DNA from: Candidatus Hydrogenedentota bacterium
GTDB taxonomy: Bacteria > Hydrogenedentota > Hydrogenedentia > Hydrogenedentales > SLHB01
Reading direction: 5' to 3'
Length of the DNA: 64,000 nucleotides
NCBI GenBank assembly: GCA_963674865.2
Contig: CAXXYE010000004.1
Location: 709,632-773,631, forward strand
In this document: positions 18,696 through 28,691 of the stretch, piece after piece
Position numbering within the stretch: position 1 is the first letter of the stretch
Layout: each line of letters starts with the position of its first letter
Made by a program: the position numbers and the translations under genes
The notes under the pieces: generated by a model
The model's database searches: none
What the model was told of the DNA's origin: nothing
Seen by the model: the letters and a program-made list of their open reading frames with translations, nothing else

Positions 18696-19766
18696 CTACG
18701 AGCGCTTGGATAGGTATTCCCGGATCGCGTCCTCGAATTCGCCCATCAACGACTTGGCCGTGGCCGCGGATACACTATCAAGAGACCACACGCCACGGAT
18801 GCGTGCCTCGACCTCCGCCAGTTCATGCCTCATACCTGCGACACTCTCCGCTGGGAGCTCCGACGCCGCCAGATTGCCGTTGACATAGTCGAGCATCCTG
18901 GCCAACGTCCGAAGCACGGATAGGCCGTCGCCCTGCTCCGCGTGAAACCGCGCCTTCCGCGCGAAGAACCGGCCGCTTGTGGCCGAGCCCCCGATAGACT
19001 TGCTGCGCCGGCCCTCCGAGGACTCACAGTGAAGTCGTTCGAGCGGCTCGATGACACGAGACAGCCCTGCAACGTCGATTCCGTTTGGCGCGATGATCGC
19101 CCTCATCTGCTCCATCAGCCAGGGCCGCCCCTCTCCCTCGGCAAACAACCTGAGCTGCCGGGGCCATTCGCCGCAGAGCCCGCCCGGAACGCCGTGCAAC
19201 ACCGCGTTGGCGACATGGTGTCCCCACGCCAATAAGCGCCATTGGCAGTTGCCCGGTTCACCTTGTTCGAGCTTGACCGCAAGCGCAGTTCTGACGTCCC
19301 TGGCCGTGTCGAGGTAGCGCGCAATCCACGCGCGCACCGACGCCCCATCCAGAAGAGTTGAAGACAAAAGGTGCGCCGCCTCGGCGACGTGGCCATGCGG
19401 ATCGAAGAGGATAATCGGAAAGGCCAGCGAATAGCTCAGAATGGCATTGCTTGCGGGTGATTCTACGGCCTTGTCAATCATCGAAAGCGGCCATTCGCAG
19501 TGATCGACGAAATCGCTGCGGAACATCCGCTTGCGCGAATGCGGCTCGACATCCTCCGAAACGATCACGCCAAGATCCAAGTCGCTTGCCGCCGCAGCCG
19601 TACCCCACGCGACGGAAGAACACACGCAGATCCCAAGTGTTGGCCGCGGCTCCAGCGACTCAACATACTCGTATGCCGCCTCCAGCAGGCGCAATGAGTC
19701 GGCGCTCGGCGTCTCGGTATAGAAGTCGACTTCCGCACGCGGAACAAGCGTCCCAACCAAAGCCAT
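18696..19766 (-). CDS. Hypothetical protein with nucleotidyltransferase-like N-terminal motif
   Basis: CSSVAWG...SDLDLGVI resembles the pol-beta GSx10DxD motif; ILFDPHG; RBS GAGGA upstream. Confidence 0.55.
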   Translation of the reverse strand: MALVGTLVPRAEVDFYTETPSADSLRLLEAAYEYVESLEPRPTLGICVCSSVAWGTAAAASDLDLGVIVSEDVEPHSRKRMFRSDFVDHCEWPLSMIDKAVESPASNAILSYSLAFPIILFDPHGHVAEAAHLLSSTLLDGASVRAWIARYLDTARDVRTALAVKLEQGEPGNCQWRLLAWGHHVANAVLHGVPGGLCGEWPRQLRLFAEGEGRPWLMEQMRAIIAPNGIDVAGLSRVIEPLERLHCESSEGRRSKSIGGSATSGRFFARKARFHAEQGDGLSVLRTLARMLDYVNGNLAASELPAESVAGMRHELAEVEARIRGVWSLDSVSAATAKSLMGEFEDAIREYLSKRS

Positions 19767-19994
19767 CTCCTATCCTCTCCCATTGCAGAACCTCGCAGCT
19801 TCTCCACGCAAGATTAACACAGCCGCCCTCCGCCCGCGACTTGCGCAGCAAACGCGGCCCACCGAGCTGCTTGGCTTGCGGCGTAGCCGCAAACAACAGG
19901 TAAGGTTGCTTCTTCGCTATCCTAACTCGGCTCCTCGCCCCCAGCACAGGACTTCAGACCCCTCTCACCGAGCTAATCCAACGCCCGTGACGCG

Positions 19995-20017
19995 TTTGGA
20001 GTTCAAGCTTCAGCTTG
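19995..20017 (+). repeat. REP-like palindrome (second copy inverted at about 51676-51698)
   Basis: TTTGGAGTTCAAGCTTCAGCTTG versus TTTGGAGTACAAGCTTCAGCTTG on the minus strand at 51.7 kb; flanked by direct repeats of CCAACGCCCGTGACG. Confidence 0.7.
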
Positions 20018-20417
20018 CCCATTCGCCCCACTGCAAAGAACCACAGGCCCCCCTCACTGATCCGACCCAACGCCCGTGACGACTTTGGCCAACACACGGC
20101 CCGGACCGGCGCTTTTCCATCGCGAATCGCTTGTGATATAAGAACACAACTGGCCACATGTTGGCTGGCCAACCAGACCTTCGTAGGAGCCGAAGACCGG
20201 AATGCGCACCATTACCTGCTGAACGGGGAAAGCGCCTCTCAAGACGCCCATCCAGGGCGAGACGCCGTGGGCGACCTCCATCGCCTGCCGCGTCGTCATA
20301 GTGCTTCGTCACACCACGGGCCCTTTCCCTACTCCTGTTGACACGGACTATTGCACGGGCGCCACATGCCGTACATTGTAGACGGCGAAATTGCGTGGCG
20401 CCGCAGGAAGGTGCCCT

Positions 20418-21923
20418 ATGAATCAATCCTGGATAGCATTTCATGACGTTCGGTTTGCCTACGACACAGCGAGCCGTCCCCTCGTCGAAAACTTGACCTT
20501 TCATCTTCCCGTCGGCTGGAGCGGCATCGTCGGCGCCAACGGCGTCGGCAAAACCACCATCCTACGCCTGGCCACCGGAGGACTCACCCCCCAGCAAGGC
20601 CACGTGGCCATCCCGGGACGCGCCATCTACTGCCCCCAGCGGACCGACGACCCGCCGACGAAACTCGAGGACCTCATCCGGGCCGCCGACGCGGACGCTT
20701 ACGCCCTCAAGGGCCGCCTCGGCGTCGAGGAAGACTGGTACGCCCGTTGGACCACCCTGAGTCACGGCGAGCGCAAACGCGCCCAAATCGCCGTGGCCTT
20801 ATGGAAACGCCCTGAGGTTCTGGCGCTGGACGAGCCCACCAATCACATCGACACGGCCGCCCGCGAGGCCCTCGCGGCGGCACTCAAGACCTTCCCGGGC
20901 GCGGGCCTTCTCGTCAGCCACGACCGCGAACTGCTCGACACCTTGTGCGGCCAGTGCCTGTTCGTCGACCCGCCAAGCGCCGTCATGCGTCCCGGCAACT
21001 ACACGGCCGGCGCCCTTCAGGCCCAACGCTGGGAAACGCACAGGCAGCGAGAGCGCAAGACCGCTAAGACCGCGTATCTCAAGCTTGAGCGCGAAGCGGC
21101 CAGACGGCGCGAAGAAGCCGCCCGCGCGAGCCGAAGGCACTCCAAGAGAGGCCTGCACCCGAAAGATCACGATGCGCGCGCAAAGAAGGACCTCGCCCGC
21201 GTCACAGGCAAAGACGCACAGGCCGGCCGCCTCCTGAGTCAGCTCACGGGCCGCGTGCGGCAGGCGGAGCAGCGTCTCCGCCTCACCAGAGTGGCGAAAC
21301 ATCACAAACTCGGCATCTGGCTGCCTGACGCGCGCTCACATCGTGACTGCCTTTTCCGGCTGCCGGCCGGCGACATTCCCCTCGGCGCATCGCGTCGCCT
21401 CGCTTTTCCCGACCTGATGATGCCCCCTGATGGACGCGTCGCCCTTACCGGCCCTAACGGCTCAGGAAAGAGCACACTCCTCGCCCACATCCTCACACGA
21501 CTCAACGTCCCCAATGACAGGTTCGTCTATCTCCCGCAGGAGATCGATGCCGCCTCATCCCGCCGTATCCTGGAGGACGTGCGCCGGCTCCCCAGGGAGG
21601 ATCTGGCGCGCGCCATGACCGTCGTGAGCCGGCTCAACTCGCGGCCGGATCGGCTGCTCGAAAGCAATGATCCCAGCCCGGGGGAGACGCGCAAACTCCT
21701 TCTGGCCCTCGGCATCGCCAAAGGGCCGCACCTCATTATCATGGACGAGCCCACCAACCATCTCGACCTGCCCTCCATCCTTTGCCTCGAACAGGCCCTC
21801 GACGACTGCCCCTGCGGCTTGCTTCTCGTCAGCCACGACAGACGCTTCCTCACCCGGCTGACGCGTATGACATGGCGCATCGACCCCAGAGAAAAAGGCT
21901 CTGCCCTGAGCATCCAGCATTGA
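20418..21923 (+). CDS. ABC-F family ribosome-associated ATPase
   Basis: Two NBDs (GANGVGKT/LSHGE/LDEPTNHID and GPNGSGKS/SPGE/MDEPTNHLD), LLVSHDR twice, long basic linker, no TM segments. Confidence 0.9.
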   Translation: MNQSWIAFHDVRFAYDTASRPLVENLTFHLPVGWSGIVGANGVGKTTILRLATGGLTPQQGHVAIPGRAIYCPQRTDDPPTKLEDLIRAADADAYALKGRLGVEEDWYARWTTLSHGERKRAQIAVALWKRPEVLALDEPTNHIDTAAREALAAALKTFPGAGLLVSHDRELLDTLCGQCLFVDPPSAVMRPGNYTAGALQAQRWETHRQRERKTAKTAYLKLEREAARRREEAARASRRHSKRGLHPKDHDARAKKDLARVTGKDAQAGRLLSQLTGRVRQAEQRLRLTRVAKHHKLGIWLPDARSHRDCLFRLPAGDIPLGASRRLAFPDLMMPPDGRVALTGPNGSGKSTLLAHILTRLNVPNDRFVYLPQEIDAASSRRILEDVRRLPREDLARAMTVVSRLNSRPDRLLESNDPSPGETRKLLLALGIAKGPHLIIMDEPTNHLDLPSILCLEQALDDCPCGLLLVSHDRRFLTRLTRMTWRIDPREKGSALSIQH

Positions 21924-22056
21924 AAGGTAACTCCCCGATTGAAGACATGGCATGCTTATTGTCAAACCGTCAAGCCTAACCATTCTCGCGTCGGCGCCGT
22001 TACTTAGGTAAGAAAAGAGACACTGACAACGGCGGAATCTTAGAGAAAGGCCCGAC

Positions 22057-25000
22057 ATGCAAAACGAAGCCCTCTGGCATCAATGGCATAGCCGCGGTGA
22101 CTCGGCAGCCTTCCGTGAACTCACGCTCAAGTACGGGCGCATCGTTTACGCCGCGGCCCTGCGCGTCGTGGGCAATGCTCCCGACGCCGAAGATGTCACG
22201 CAGGAGTGCTTCGAGAAACTCGCTCAGACGAAACGTGCCCCTGCCGCCTATCTGGGCGCTTGGCTTCACCGAATGGCCGTCAACAAGGCGCTCGACCGCC
22301 TGAGAAGCGACACGCGGCGGCAACGGCGCGAAGCCTGTTATCAGCAAGCACAGGCTTCAGAGACGGACACGGACTGGCAAGAGATCTATCCGCTGGTGGA
22401 CATGGCTATAGACGAGCTGCCGGACAAGGTACGCCAGGCTGTAGTCGCTCATTACCTCCAGGGCCTGACTCACGATGACATAGCCGAACAGGAAAACGTA
22501 TCGCGTTCGGCAGTCACACAACGTATCCGGCGCGGACTCGAGCAAATCCGCCGTTCCCTACGGCAAAAGGGCGTCGGCGTTCCGCTGGCCATTCTGACGG
22601 CGGCGCTCACCGAGCGCTTTGCAGACGCCGCCCCAATGCCCGCTGCCCTTGTCGAAAAGCTCGGGCGGCTGGCACTGTCGGGGGCTGCTATGCCCGCCGC
22701 AAGCGGCGTGGTGAGCATGACGCTCCTCTACAAGGCCCTAACGGCCATCCTGGCAACGTGCGTGGTTGCGACGGGAGGCGTCGTCGTGTACCACCGCTTT
22801 TCCCCGAGCCATATAGAGGCTCGCCGTGAGGCCCTCAGCAAGGCAATCTCCGCTCAGCCTCTGGACACCGCCTCACCGGCCCAGAGCGCACCCGACAGCG
22901 TAGACAACGGCGTGAGCACACACCAGGCAGCGCCGGAGGACACTGCGGCCGTGTCCGGAAAGGTGGTCGACGCGGGAACGGGGGAGGGCATCGCGGGCGC
23001 GCAATTGCGCGTTGCCTCGGCCAGTGACGCCCACACCATCACGAGCGATGAGCACGGCGCCTTCGAGGTAGGCTCACTGCCACCCGGCTTCTACGCCGTC
23101 TGCTGCCGACAGGCTAACGGCTACTACATCCCCTGGGAAAAAGCCGAGGACGGGCAGCGCAACAAACTGGTGCGAATGCTTCATCTTGCCAAGGGCGAAC
23201 AGAGAGAGGGCATTGACTTCGCCCTGACGCGCGGCGAGGAGTGCCGCGCGCGCGTGGTCGATTCGGACGGCCAACCGGTGGCCGGTGCCAAAGTGACGGG
23301 AAGTGCGGAAATCCGCCAGTTCCCGCATATCAACACGGCCAGGAGTCAGGATGATGGAACCGTTTCTCTTTCCGGTTTTCCGTCCACGGCGAGCTTGTTC
23401 TTATGGGCGGAAGGCGACGGCCTCGTAAGCAAGATCCACGGCCCCTTCGCACTGCCTCAGGCCGGCGAAGGTCCCGACCTCCTACTCCATCCCGAGGCGA
23501 TCGTCCGGGGGGTGGTGGAGGATGAGCAGGGCCGGCCCCTCCCGGGACTCCGCGTCCTGCCTCAGTTTGAGTTGCACGAGGCCGGCCGCGTGAAAGAGGC
23601 CATAAGCGACGCCGCGGGCCGGTTCCAACTAACCGGCATGCCGCCGGAAGAGGTGGTCTTGCGCGTCTGCCGCGAAAACGAAATCGTCAACGCCCCATGT
23701 CCACGCGTCCCCCTCTCCGCAGGGAAGATTGTCGAGGACATGGTGTTGACCTGCCTGGTGGGAGACCTCTCCATCACGGGACACGTGGTCGATGCCCGAG
23801 GAAAGCCGCTATCCTCGGCAAGAGTAGTCGCCGTTGGCATCGAAAGACGGACCCATAGGGAAGCAGAGACCGATAGAGACGGCAACTTCACGCTCACAGC
23901 TCTGCGACGCGGCCTGTATCGCGTAACCGCCGAATGCGACGGCCACGTCGACTCGGCCCCGGCGGAGGTAACCGCAGGAGCCCGCGGCCTAAGACTGGTG
24001 CTCGCCGACCCATTTCAGGTGTCGGGCCGCGTCATCGACGGCGGCACGCAGAGGCCCATCCGCAAGTACGAGCTCAAGTACTGCTACTGCCCTGAGTTCA
24101 TGCTTCTCGGTCAGCGCTACAAAAAGGTAGTGGATTCGGGCGGGTCGTTCAGCCTACCCGTGGCGCAGCGTGGCCGCGTCCGCATCGCCGCACGTGCCAA
24201 AGGCTACCTGCTCGGTTACGCCGATGTGGACCTGGACGATTCAGCCACTGCCCTTCGGAACGTCGTGATCCGCCTTCAACCCCAGGAAGACCTTCGCGGC
24301 AGCGTACACGACCAACAAGGCAATCCCATCGCCGGCGCGCTCCTCTTCTCCGGACAGGCCCACGAGCAGGACGCCGACACGCACGCGGCGGCACGAACCA
24401 AGCGCAGCGGCCGGTTCACCCTCCCGGCCATGAAGCTTGGCCACAAGTTCATCTCGATCTACCACCCGGACTATCCCAGGGCGATAGTGCCGCTGGAGAC
24501 CAAGCACTACCAGGGCGAACCTATCGACGCCGTAGTCTATGTGGGCACCTCGTTGAGGTGCACCTGCCTGCTTGACGGCGCGCCCTGTGCCGACGCCGCC
24601 GTCACCGCTAATCAGGCGGCCGGAATAGGCGCCACGGAACGCACGGGTGACGACGGAACCTGCACGCTCAAGAACCTGGTGCCGGCCTACTGCTTCCTAA
24701 CCGCGTCCTTTCCGCTACATGGCGATGCCGACGCGAAGGCACGAGTGGAGCGGTATATCACGCTCGAACCGGCACAGACGACTGATCTCGTCTTAGAGTG
24801 CGCCACGGGAGACGCGGTGATCTGGGGCGCCCTTGCTGGAATGCCTGAGGACCCGTTCCAACAACTCCGCCTCGAGACGCCCCACGGCCCGCAGAAGTAC
24901 TTCTATTTCCCCGGGCAGAGTCCTGCCCAGTCCGAATACATGTTCACGGACCTGCCTCCGGGCGAGGCGACTCTCAGAGTATCCTGGAGACCTCAAGGTG

Positions 25001-25395
25001 ATGAGGGACTCCCTCTATCGCGGCGGTATACATTCACCGTCACACCCGGCCAAGTGATTCGTCAAGACATTGTCCCCACGACCGGCGCGTCCATCTGGGG
25101 AACAGTGACCGGCCTGCACGAGGGAGAACGCGGATTCATCACGGTGCTCTTCGGACGCTTCAGCGTGGAGAACTACATCGACCGCAACTACGACGCCATG
25201 GACCACTGTGCCATCGTCCCCGCAACGCCCTCCGATGGCACGTTCCACGTCGATGACCTTCAGCTCGGCGCCTATACCGTACTTGCCGAGGCGGCACCGG
25301 CAGCGCCGGACCCCGATGCTGCGCCCCGGCGCTGTCTCGCCGTGGTCGAACTGGGAAATGAAGGGGCCGAATTGCACCTTCAGTTGCCCGAATAG
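22057..25395 (+). CDS. ECF sigma factor fused to a TM helix and tandem carboxypeptidase-regulatory-like repeats
   Basis: Sigma region 2 (DAEDVTQECF, AWLHRMAVN) and region 4 (LTHDDIAE..SRSAV); TM LTAILATCVVATGGVVV; 6-7 repeats of GxVVDxxGxPxxGA. Confidence 0.88.
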   Translation: MQNEALWHQWHSRGDSAAFRELTLKYGRIVYAAALRVVGNAPDAEDVTQECFEKLAQTKRAPAAYLGAWLHRMAVNKALDRLRSDTRRQRREACYQQAQASETDTDWQEIYPLVDMAIDELPDKVRQAVVAHYLQGLTHDDIAEQENVSRSAVTQRIRRGLEQIRRSLRQKGVGVPLAILTAALTERFADAAPMPAALVEKLGRLALSGAAMPAASGVVSMTLLYKALTAILATCVVATGGVVVYHRFSPSHIEARREALSKAISAQPLDTASPAQSAPDSVDNGVSTHQAAPEDTAAVSGKVVDAGTGEGIAGAQLRVASASDAHTITSDEHGAFEVGSLPPGFYAVCCRQANGYYIPWEKAEDGQRNKLVRMLHLAKGEQREGIDFALTRGEECRARVVDSDGQPVAGAKVTGSAEIRQFPHINTARSQDDGTVSLSGFPSTASLFLWAEGDGLVSKIHGPFALPQAGEGPDLLLHPEAIVRGVVEDEQGRPLPGLRVLPQFELHEAGRVKEAISDAAGRFQLTGMPPEEVVLRVCRENEIVNAPCPRVPLSAGKIVEDMVLTCLVGDLSITGHVVDARGKPLSSARVVAVGIERRTHREAETDRDGNFTLTALRRGLYRVTAECDGHVDSAPAEVTAGARGLRLVLADPFQVSGRVIDGGTQRPIRKYELKYCYCPEFMLLGQRYKKVVDSGGSFSLPVAQRGRVRIAARAKGYLLGYADVDLDDSATALRNVVIRLQPQEDLRGSVHDQQGNPIAGALLFSGQAHEQDADTHAAARTKRSGRFTLPAMKLGHKFISIYHPDYPRAIVPLETKHYQGEPIDAVVYVGTSLRCTCLLDGAPCADAAVTANQAAGIGATERTGDDGTCTLKNLVPAYCFLTASFPLHGDADAKARVERYITLEPAQTTDLVLECATGDAVIWGALAGMPEDPFQQLRLETPHGPQKYFYFPGQSPAQSEYMFTDLPPGEATLRVSWRPQGDEGLPLSRRYTFTVTPGQVIRQDIVPTTGASIWGTVTGLHEGERGFITVLFGRFSVENYIDRNYDAMDHCAIVPATPSDGTFHVDDLQLGAYTVLAEAAPAAPDPDAAPRRCLAVVELGNEGAELHLQLPE

Positions 25396-25548
25396 CGAGC
25401 GGACGCTGCGCTTGCGTTCGACCTAAACTGCCAATTCACAGTATCTTATAACTTATCCGTGCGCCGTTCCGGATGAAACGCTTGCGCGTTTGGCCTTGTT
25501 CCGGTATCGTAGCCAACAAGACAACAGGCGGACATGGGGGACGGGCGC

Positions 25549-27240
25549 ATGCGACCAGCCAAACTCAGCGCGAATGTGTTCCTCGAACTACCTCCCGTTC
25601 TCACCCACTACGTCGAGAATGTCCGCAATCTATGGATAGAAGGCAATCCCAAGCAGGGCAAACTATCCCTGCTCAATCGGCAAGGCGTCTTCAGCGACAT
25701 TGAGTCGCTCGCCGTGGCCCGGCGCCAACTCATCGAGGTGCTGGGACTTGAGCGCGCCCGGGCGCTCTGCTATCGCATCGGATTCGAGCAAGGCCGGCGC
25801 GACGCCGCGCGCCACCTCCGCGTGTTCGGCCAGAATGCGCGCCTGACCCTCCAGGGAGGGCCGGTATTCCGCCAACTCCAAGGCCGCGGCATCGCCACCT
25901 CCGTGAAATTCGAGTTTGACCTCGACGCTCGAACACTCTACCGCGAACTGACCCTCCGCGACAGCACCGAAGCAATGGCACACCGCGTAGCCGTCCAGGC
26001 CAACGAGGATTGCGCCTGCTGGACGACGGCCGGATACCTTTCGGGCCACGTCAGTGAGATTCTGGGACGTCGCGTCGTCACTTTGGAGACATCCTGCGGC
26101 GCTCGCGGCGACGAGTTGTGCCGCTTTGTAAGCCGTTTCGACCCGGAATGGGGGAACGAGGTCCACTGGGTGCGCAAGGCCCTGGACATGCCGAGCGTCG
26201 ATTCCGAATTGGCTGAGCGGGAGGCCGTGGCGGCGAAGGCGCAGACCATGGCACGGCGCGCCCAAGGCCGCCTAAATGACCTCAATCGCCGGCTCCGGTC
26301 CGACCTGATCGCCGCGAGTGTCGTCGCCGATTCGCCCGTGATGGAGCCCGTCATGGCCCTTGTTCGCCGTGCCATGGCCTCAGAAGCGCCCGTGCTCTTC
26401 GTGGGTGAGCGTGGCGTAGGATGCGAGACCCTGGCCCAAGCCATCCATTACGGGAGCAAGCGTAAAGCCAAGCCTCTCATTACGGTGGACTGCAAAGGCC
26501 TTCCCGAACCCATGCTGCTCCAGGAACTGATAGGCTTCAACAAGGGGGCCTTTGCAGGCGCGGTGCGCGGCCACACCGGCGCCCTTGTCAGAGCCAATGG
26601 CGGCACGCTCTACCTCAACGACATCAGTCGCTTGAGCGTCGAGACCCAGGGCCACCTCCTGACGGCCCTCGAAGAGAGCCAAGTCCGGCCCATCGGCGCT
26701 GACAAACCGACGAAGACGGACATCCGCCTCATCGGCGCCACCCGCGAAGATCCCAAGGACCTGCTCGCTTCGGGCGCGCTGCGGGAAGCCTTCTACTACG
26801 CCCTCGCCGTCTTGCCCATCCCCGTGCCCCCGCTGCGCGAGCGCGGCGCCGACATCCTGGGACTGGCCGAGTCGTTCCTCGCCGAGTTCGGTGAACGCTA
26901 TGACCGGCCGAATACGCGCTTCTCGGAGGAATTCAAACGCGCCCTGCTCGATTGCGACTGGCCGGGGAACGTAAGGCAGCTTCGCAACGTCATCGAACAC
27001 GCCGTGATCATCGGCCCCGACGCCGAACTGCCCGCTGGCACCATCCCCGAGGAGGTCCTTGCTAGCCGCTGGCGAGGCAGCCCACCGCGAACACTGAGCG
27101 AGGAAGCGGTTCGGGCCGCCCTACGGCAAGCCCGGGGCCGCCGCGGCAAGGCGGCTTCGCAATTGGGCATCGGCAGGACCACGCTCTGGCGGCTCATGAA
27201 GCGCATGGGCATTGAGGAAGACGGCTCGGACGGGCCCTGA
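25549..27240 (+). CDS. XylR/DmpR-type sigma54-activator-like protein (XylR_N, V4R, AAA+, Fis HTH) with degenerate ATPase motifs
   Basis: IGFEQGRRDA, ACWTTAGYLSG, ETSCGARGDELCRF (V4R), GAFAGA, PPLRER, WPGNVRQL and LGIGRTTLWR. Confidence 0.85.
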   Translation: MRPAKLSANVFLELPPVLTHYVENVRNLWIEGNPKQGKLSLLNRQGVFSDIESLAVARRQLIEVLGLERARALCYRIGFEQGRRDAARHLRVFGQNARLTLQGGPVFRQLQGRGIATSVKFEFDLDARTLYRELTLRDSTEAMAHRVAVQANEDCACWTTAGYLSGHVSEILGRRVVTLETSCGARGDELCRFVSRFDPEWGNEVHWVRKALDMPSVDSELAEREAVAAKAQTMARRAQGRLNDLNRRLRSDLIAASVVADSPVMEPVMALVRRAMASEAPVLFVGERGVGCETLAQAIHYGSKRKAKPLITVDCKGLPEPMLLQELIGFNKGAFAGAVRGHTGALVRANGGTLYLNDISRLSVETQGHLLTALEESQVRPIGADKPTKTDIRLIGATREDPKDLLASGALREAFYYALAVLPIPVPPLRERGADILGLAESFLAEFGERYDRPNTRFSEEFKRALLDCDWPGNVRQLRNVIEHAVIIGPDAELPAGTIPEEVLASRWRGSPPRTLSEEAVRAALRQARGRRGKAASQLGIGRTTLWRLMKRMGIEEDGSDGP

Positions 27241-27460
27241 CACGCCCGCCCACGGGCGCCGGTTGCCGGGGAATAGGCTGCGCTTCGCTGGGACCTAGTT
27301 GCAGGCGGATGGAGGGTATGATATGGTCGTGCGTGCGGAATCAAGGCACGTTAACGAAGTGGTAGATACAGGCTTCTTGATTCTCTTGAATCACGTCCAG
27401 CAGCAGGAGATAAGGGCCGCCGCCGGGGCGTTCTGCGGGCCCGAGAGTTAGGTGGGGGTT

Positions 27461-28357
27461 ATGTGGCGTTTCGTACACCTGTCCGACCTCCATCTGGCCA
27501 GCCAGCGGGACGGACAGTGGAACAACCGTTTTCTCTGCACCATGATGCCGGACGTCATGTCGTGCCTGCGGCGCGACCTTGCCGGCCTAGAGCCGGACTT
27601 CCTCCTCGTAACGGGCGATATTTGCAGCACCCAGACGCGTGACGCCATGTTCGCCGCCAGAGACCTGATGGATTCGCTAGAGGTCCCCTACTATCCCATG
27701 GGCGGCAATCACGATTTCCCCCTCAAAGAGTCGCGTGCCTGGTTCATCGAGGCGTTCCAGGAACACCTCCCCATCGACGACACCGTCTACTCTTTCACCC
27801 ACAAGAATCTCCATTTCTGTGTGCTCGACCCCTGGTGGAAATGGTTCGACGGCAGTCTGTGCCCCTTTCGCGAGAAGTCGCCCGAAGAGGCGGACCTCAT
27901 GAAGCACGAGTCATGGGCCCTCCCTCCACACCAAATCGCCTGGCTCGATGACGACCTGCAGAAGCACCGCGACGTACCCACCATCATCGCCATGCACTAC
28001 CCGGCCCTGCCCATTCCCCAGCATATGCGGCGGCCGGGATTCATGGACGCAGGACAGCTCGATAACGGCGACATGCTACTCGAATTCCTGCGGGACCACG
28101 GCCAAGTCAAAGCCATATTCTCCGGCCACGTCCACATGCATTTCAGAGCCGTCCACGGTAGGCTCACCCAGGTCGTTACCGGCGCCATGCCCGAATATCC
28201 TACCGAGTTTCGTGACATCCAGGTCTTTGACGACCACCTGGAGATAAACACCCTGAGCCTCTCCGATGGCTCCTTCGCGGCCCAATCGCTCATACCGGGG
28301 AAAGACTGGACCTGCGGACGCGAAGACGACCGCGTTCTGTCCATAGACCTCGCGTAA
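27461..28357 (+). CDS. Calcineurin-like metallophosphoesterase (CpdA-like)
   Basis: DLH, TGD, GNHD, MHYP and SGHVH motifs. Confidence 0.88.
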   Translation: MWRFVHLSDLHLASQRDGQWNNRFLCTMMPDVMSCLRRDLAGLEPDFLLVTGDICSTQTRDAMFAARDLMDSLEVPYYPMGGNHDFPLKESRAWFIEAFQEHLPIDDTVYSFTHKNLHFCVLDPWWKWFDGSLCPFREKSPEEADLMKHESWALPPHQIAWLDDDLQKHRDVPTIIAMHYPALPIPQHMRRPGFMDAGQLDNGDMLLEFLRDHGQVKAIFSGHVHMHFRAVHGRLTQVVTGAMPEYPTEFRDIQVFDDHLEINTLSLSDGSFAAQSLIPGKDWTCGREDDRVLSIDLA

Positions 28358-28586
28358 TCACCCACTTCACCGCCCCTGCTATTGACACGCCCCACACCCA
28401 TTTCCGTTGAATGATAGGTGAGAAGAGCGCACGCGACGACCTGTGTTGCCATTCAGGTTTAAGTTCCTCAAATGAGGCATGCCACCGATCCGCAACAGCC
28501 CTCGCGACCATTCCGCCACCCGTCCCAAAGCCCCTAATCCACTAATTCTTAACGACTTGCATAGATTCCGGTCGCGACAACGCCTC

Positions 28587-28603
28587 TTGGTACGCCAGTT
28601 GCT
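28587..28603 (+). promoter_or_regulatory. Putative sigma54 (-24/-12) promoter of the Hsp20 gene
   Basis: TTGGTACGCCAGTTGCT: GG-N10-GC spacing, close to TGGCACGNNNNTTGCW. Confidence 0.7.
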
Positions 28604-28691
28604 CATCCCTCGGATGGACTTCTTCCGAGGAGAGGTCCGAATGACACAGAGTATGGAGCAGGATAGATCATCTCAGAAAGGAGGAAGCGTC

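Noticed and set aside
20015..20341. Possible RAYT/transposase remnant or leader peptide before the ABC-F gene
   Set aside because: No HUH or Tyr motif and no convincing RBS or attenuator seen
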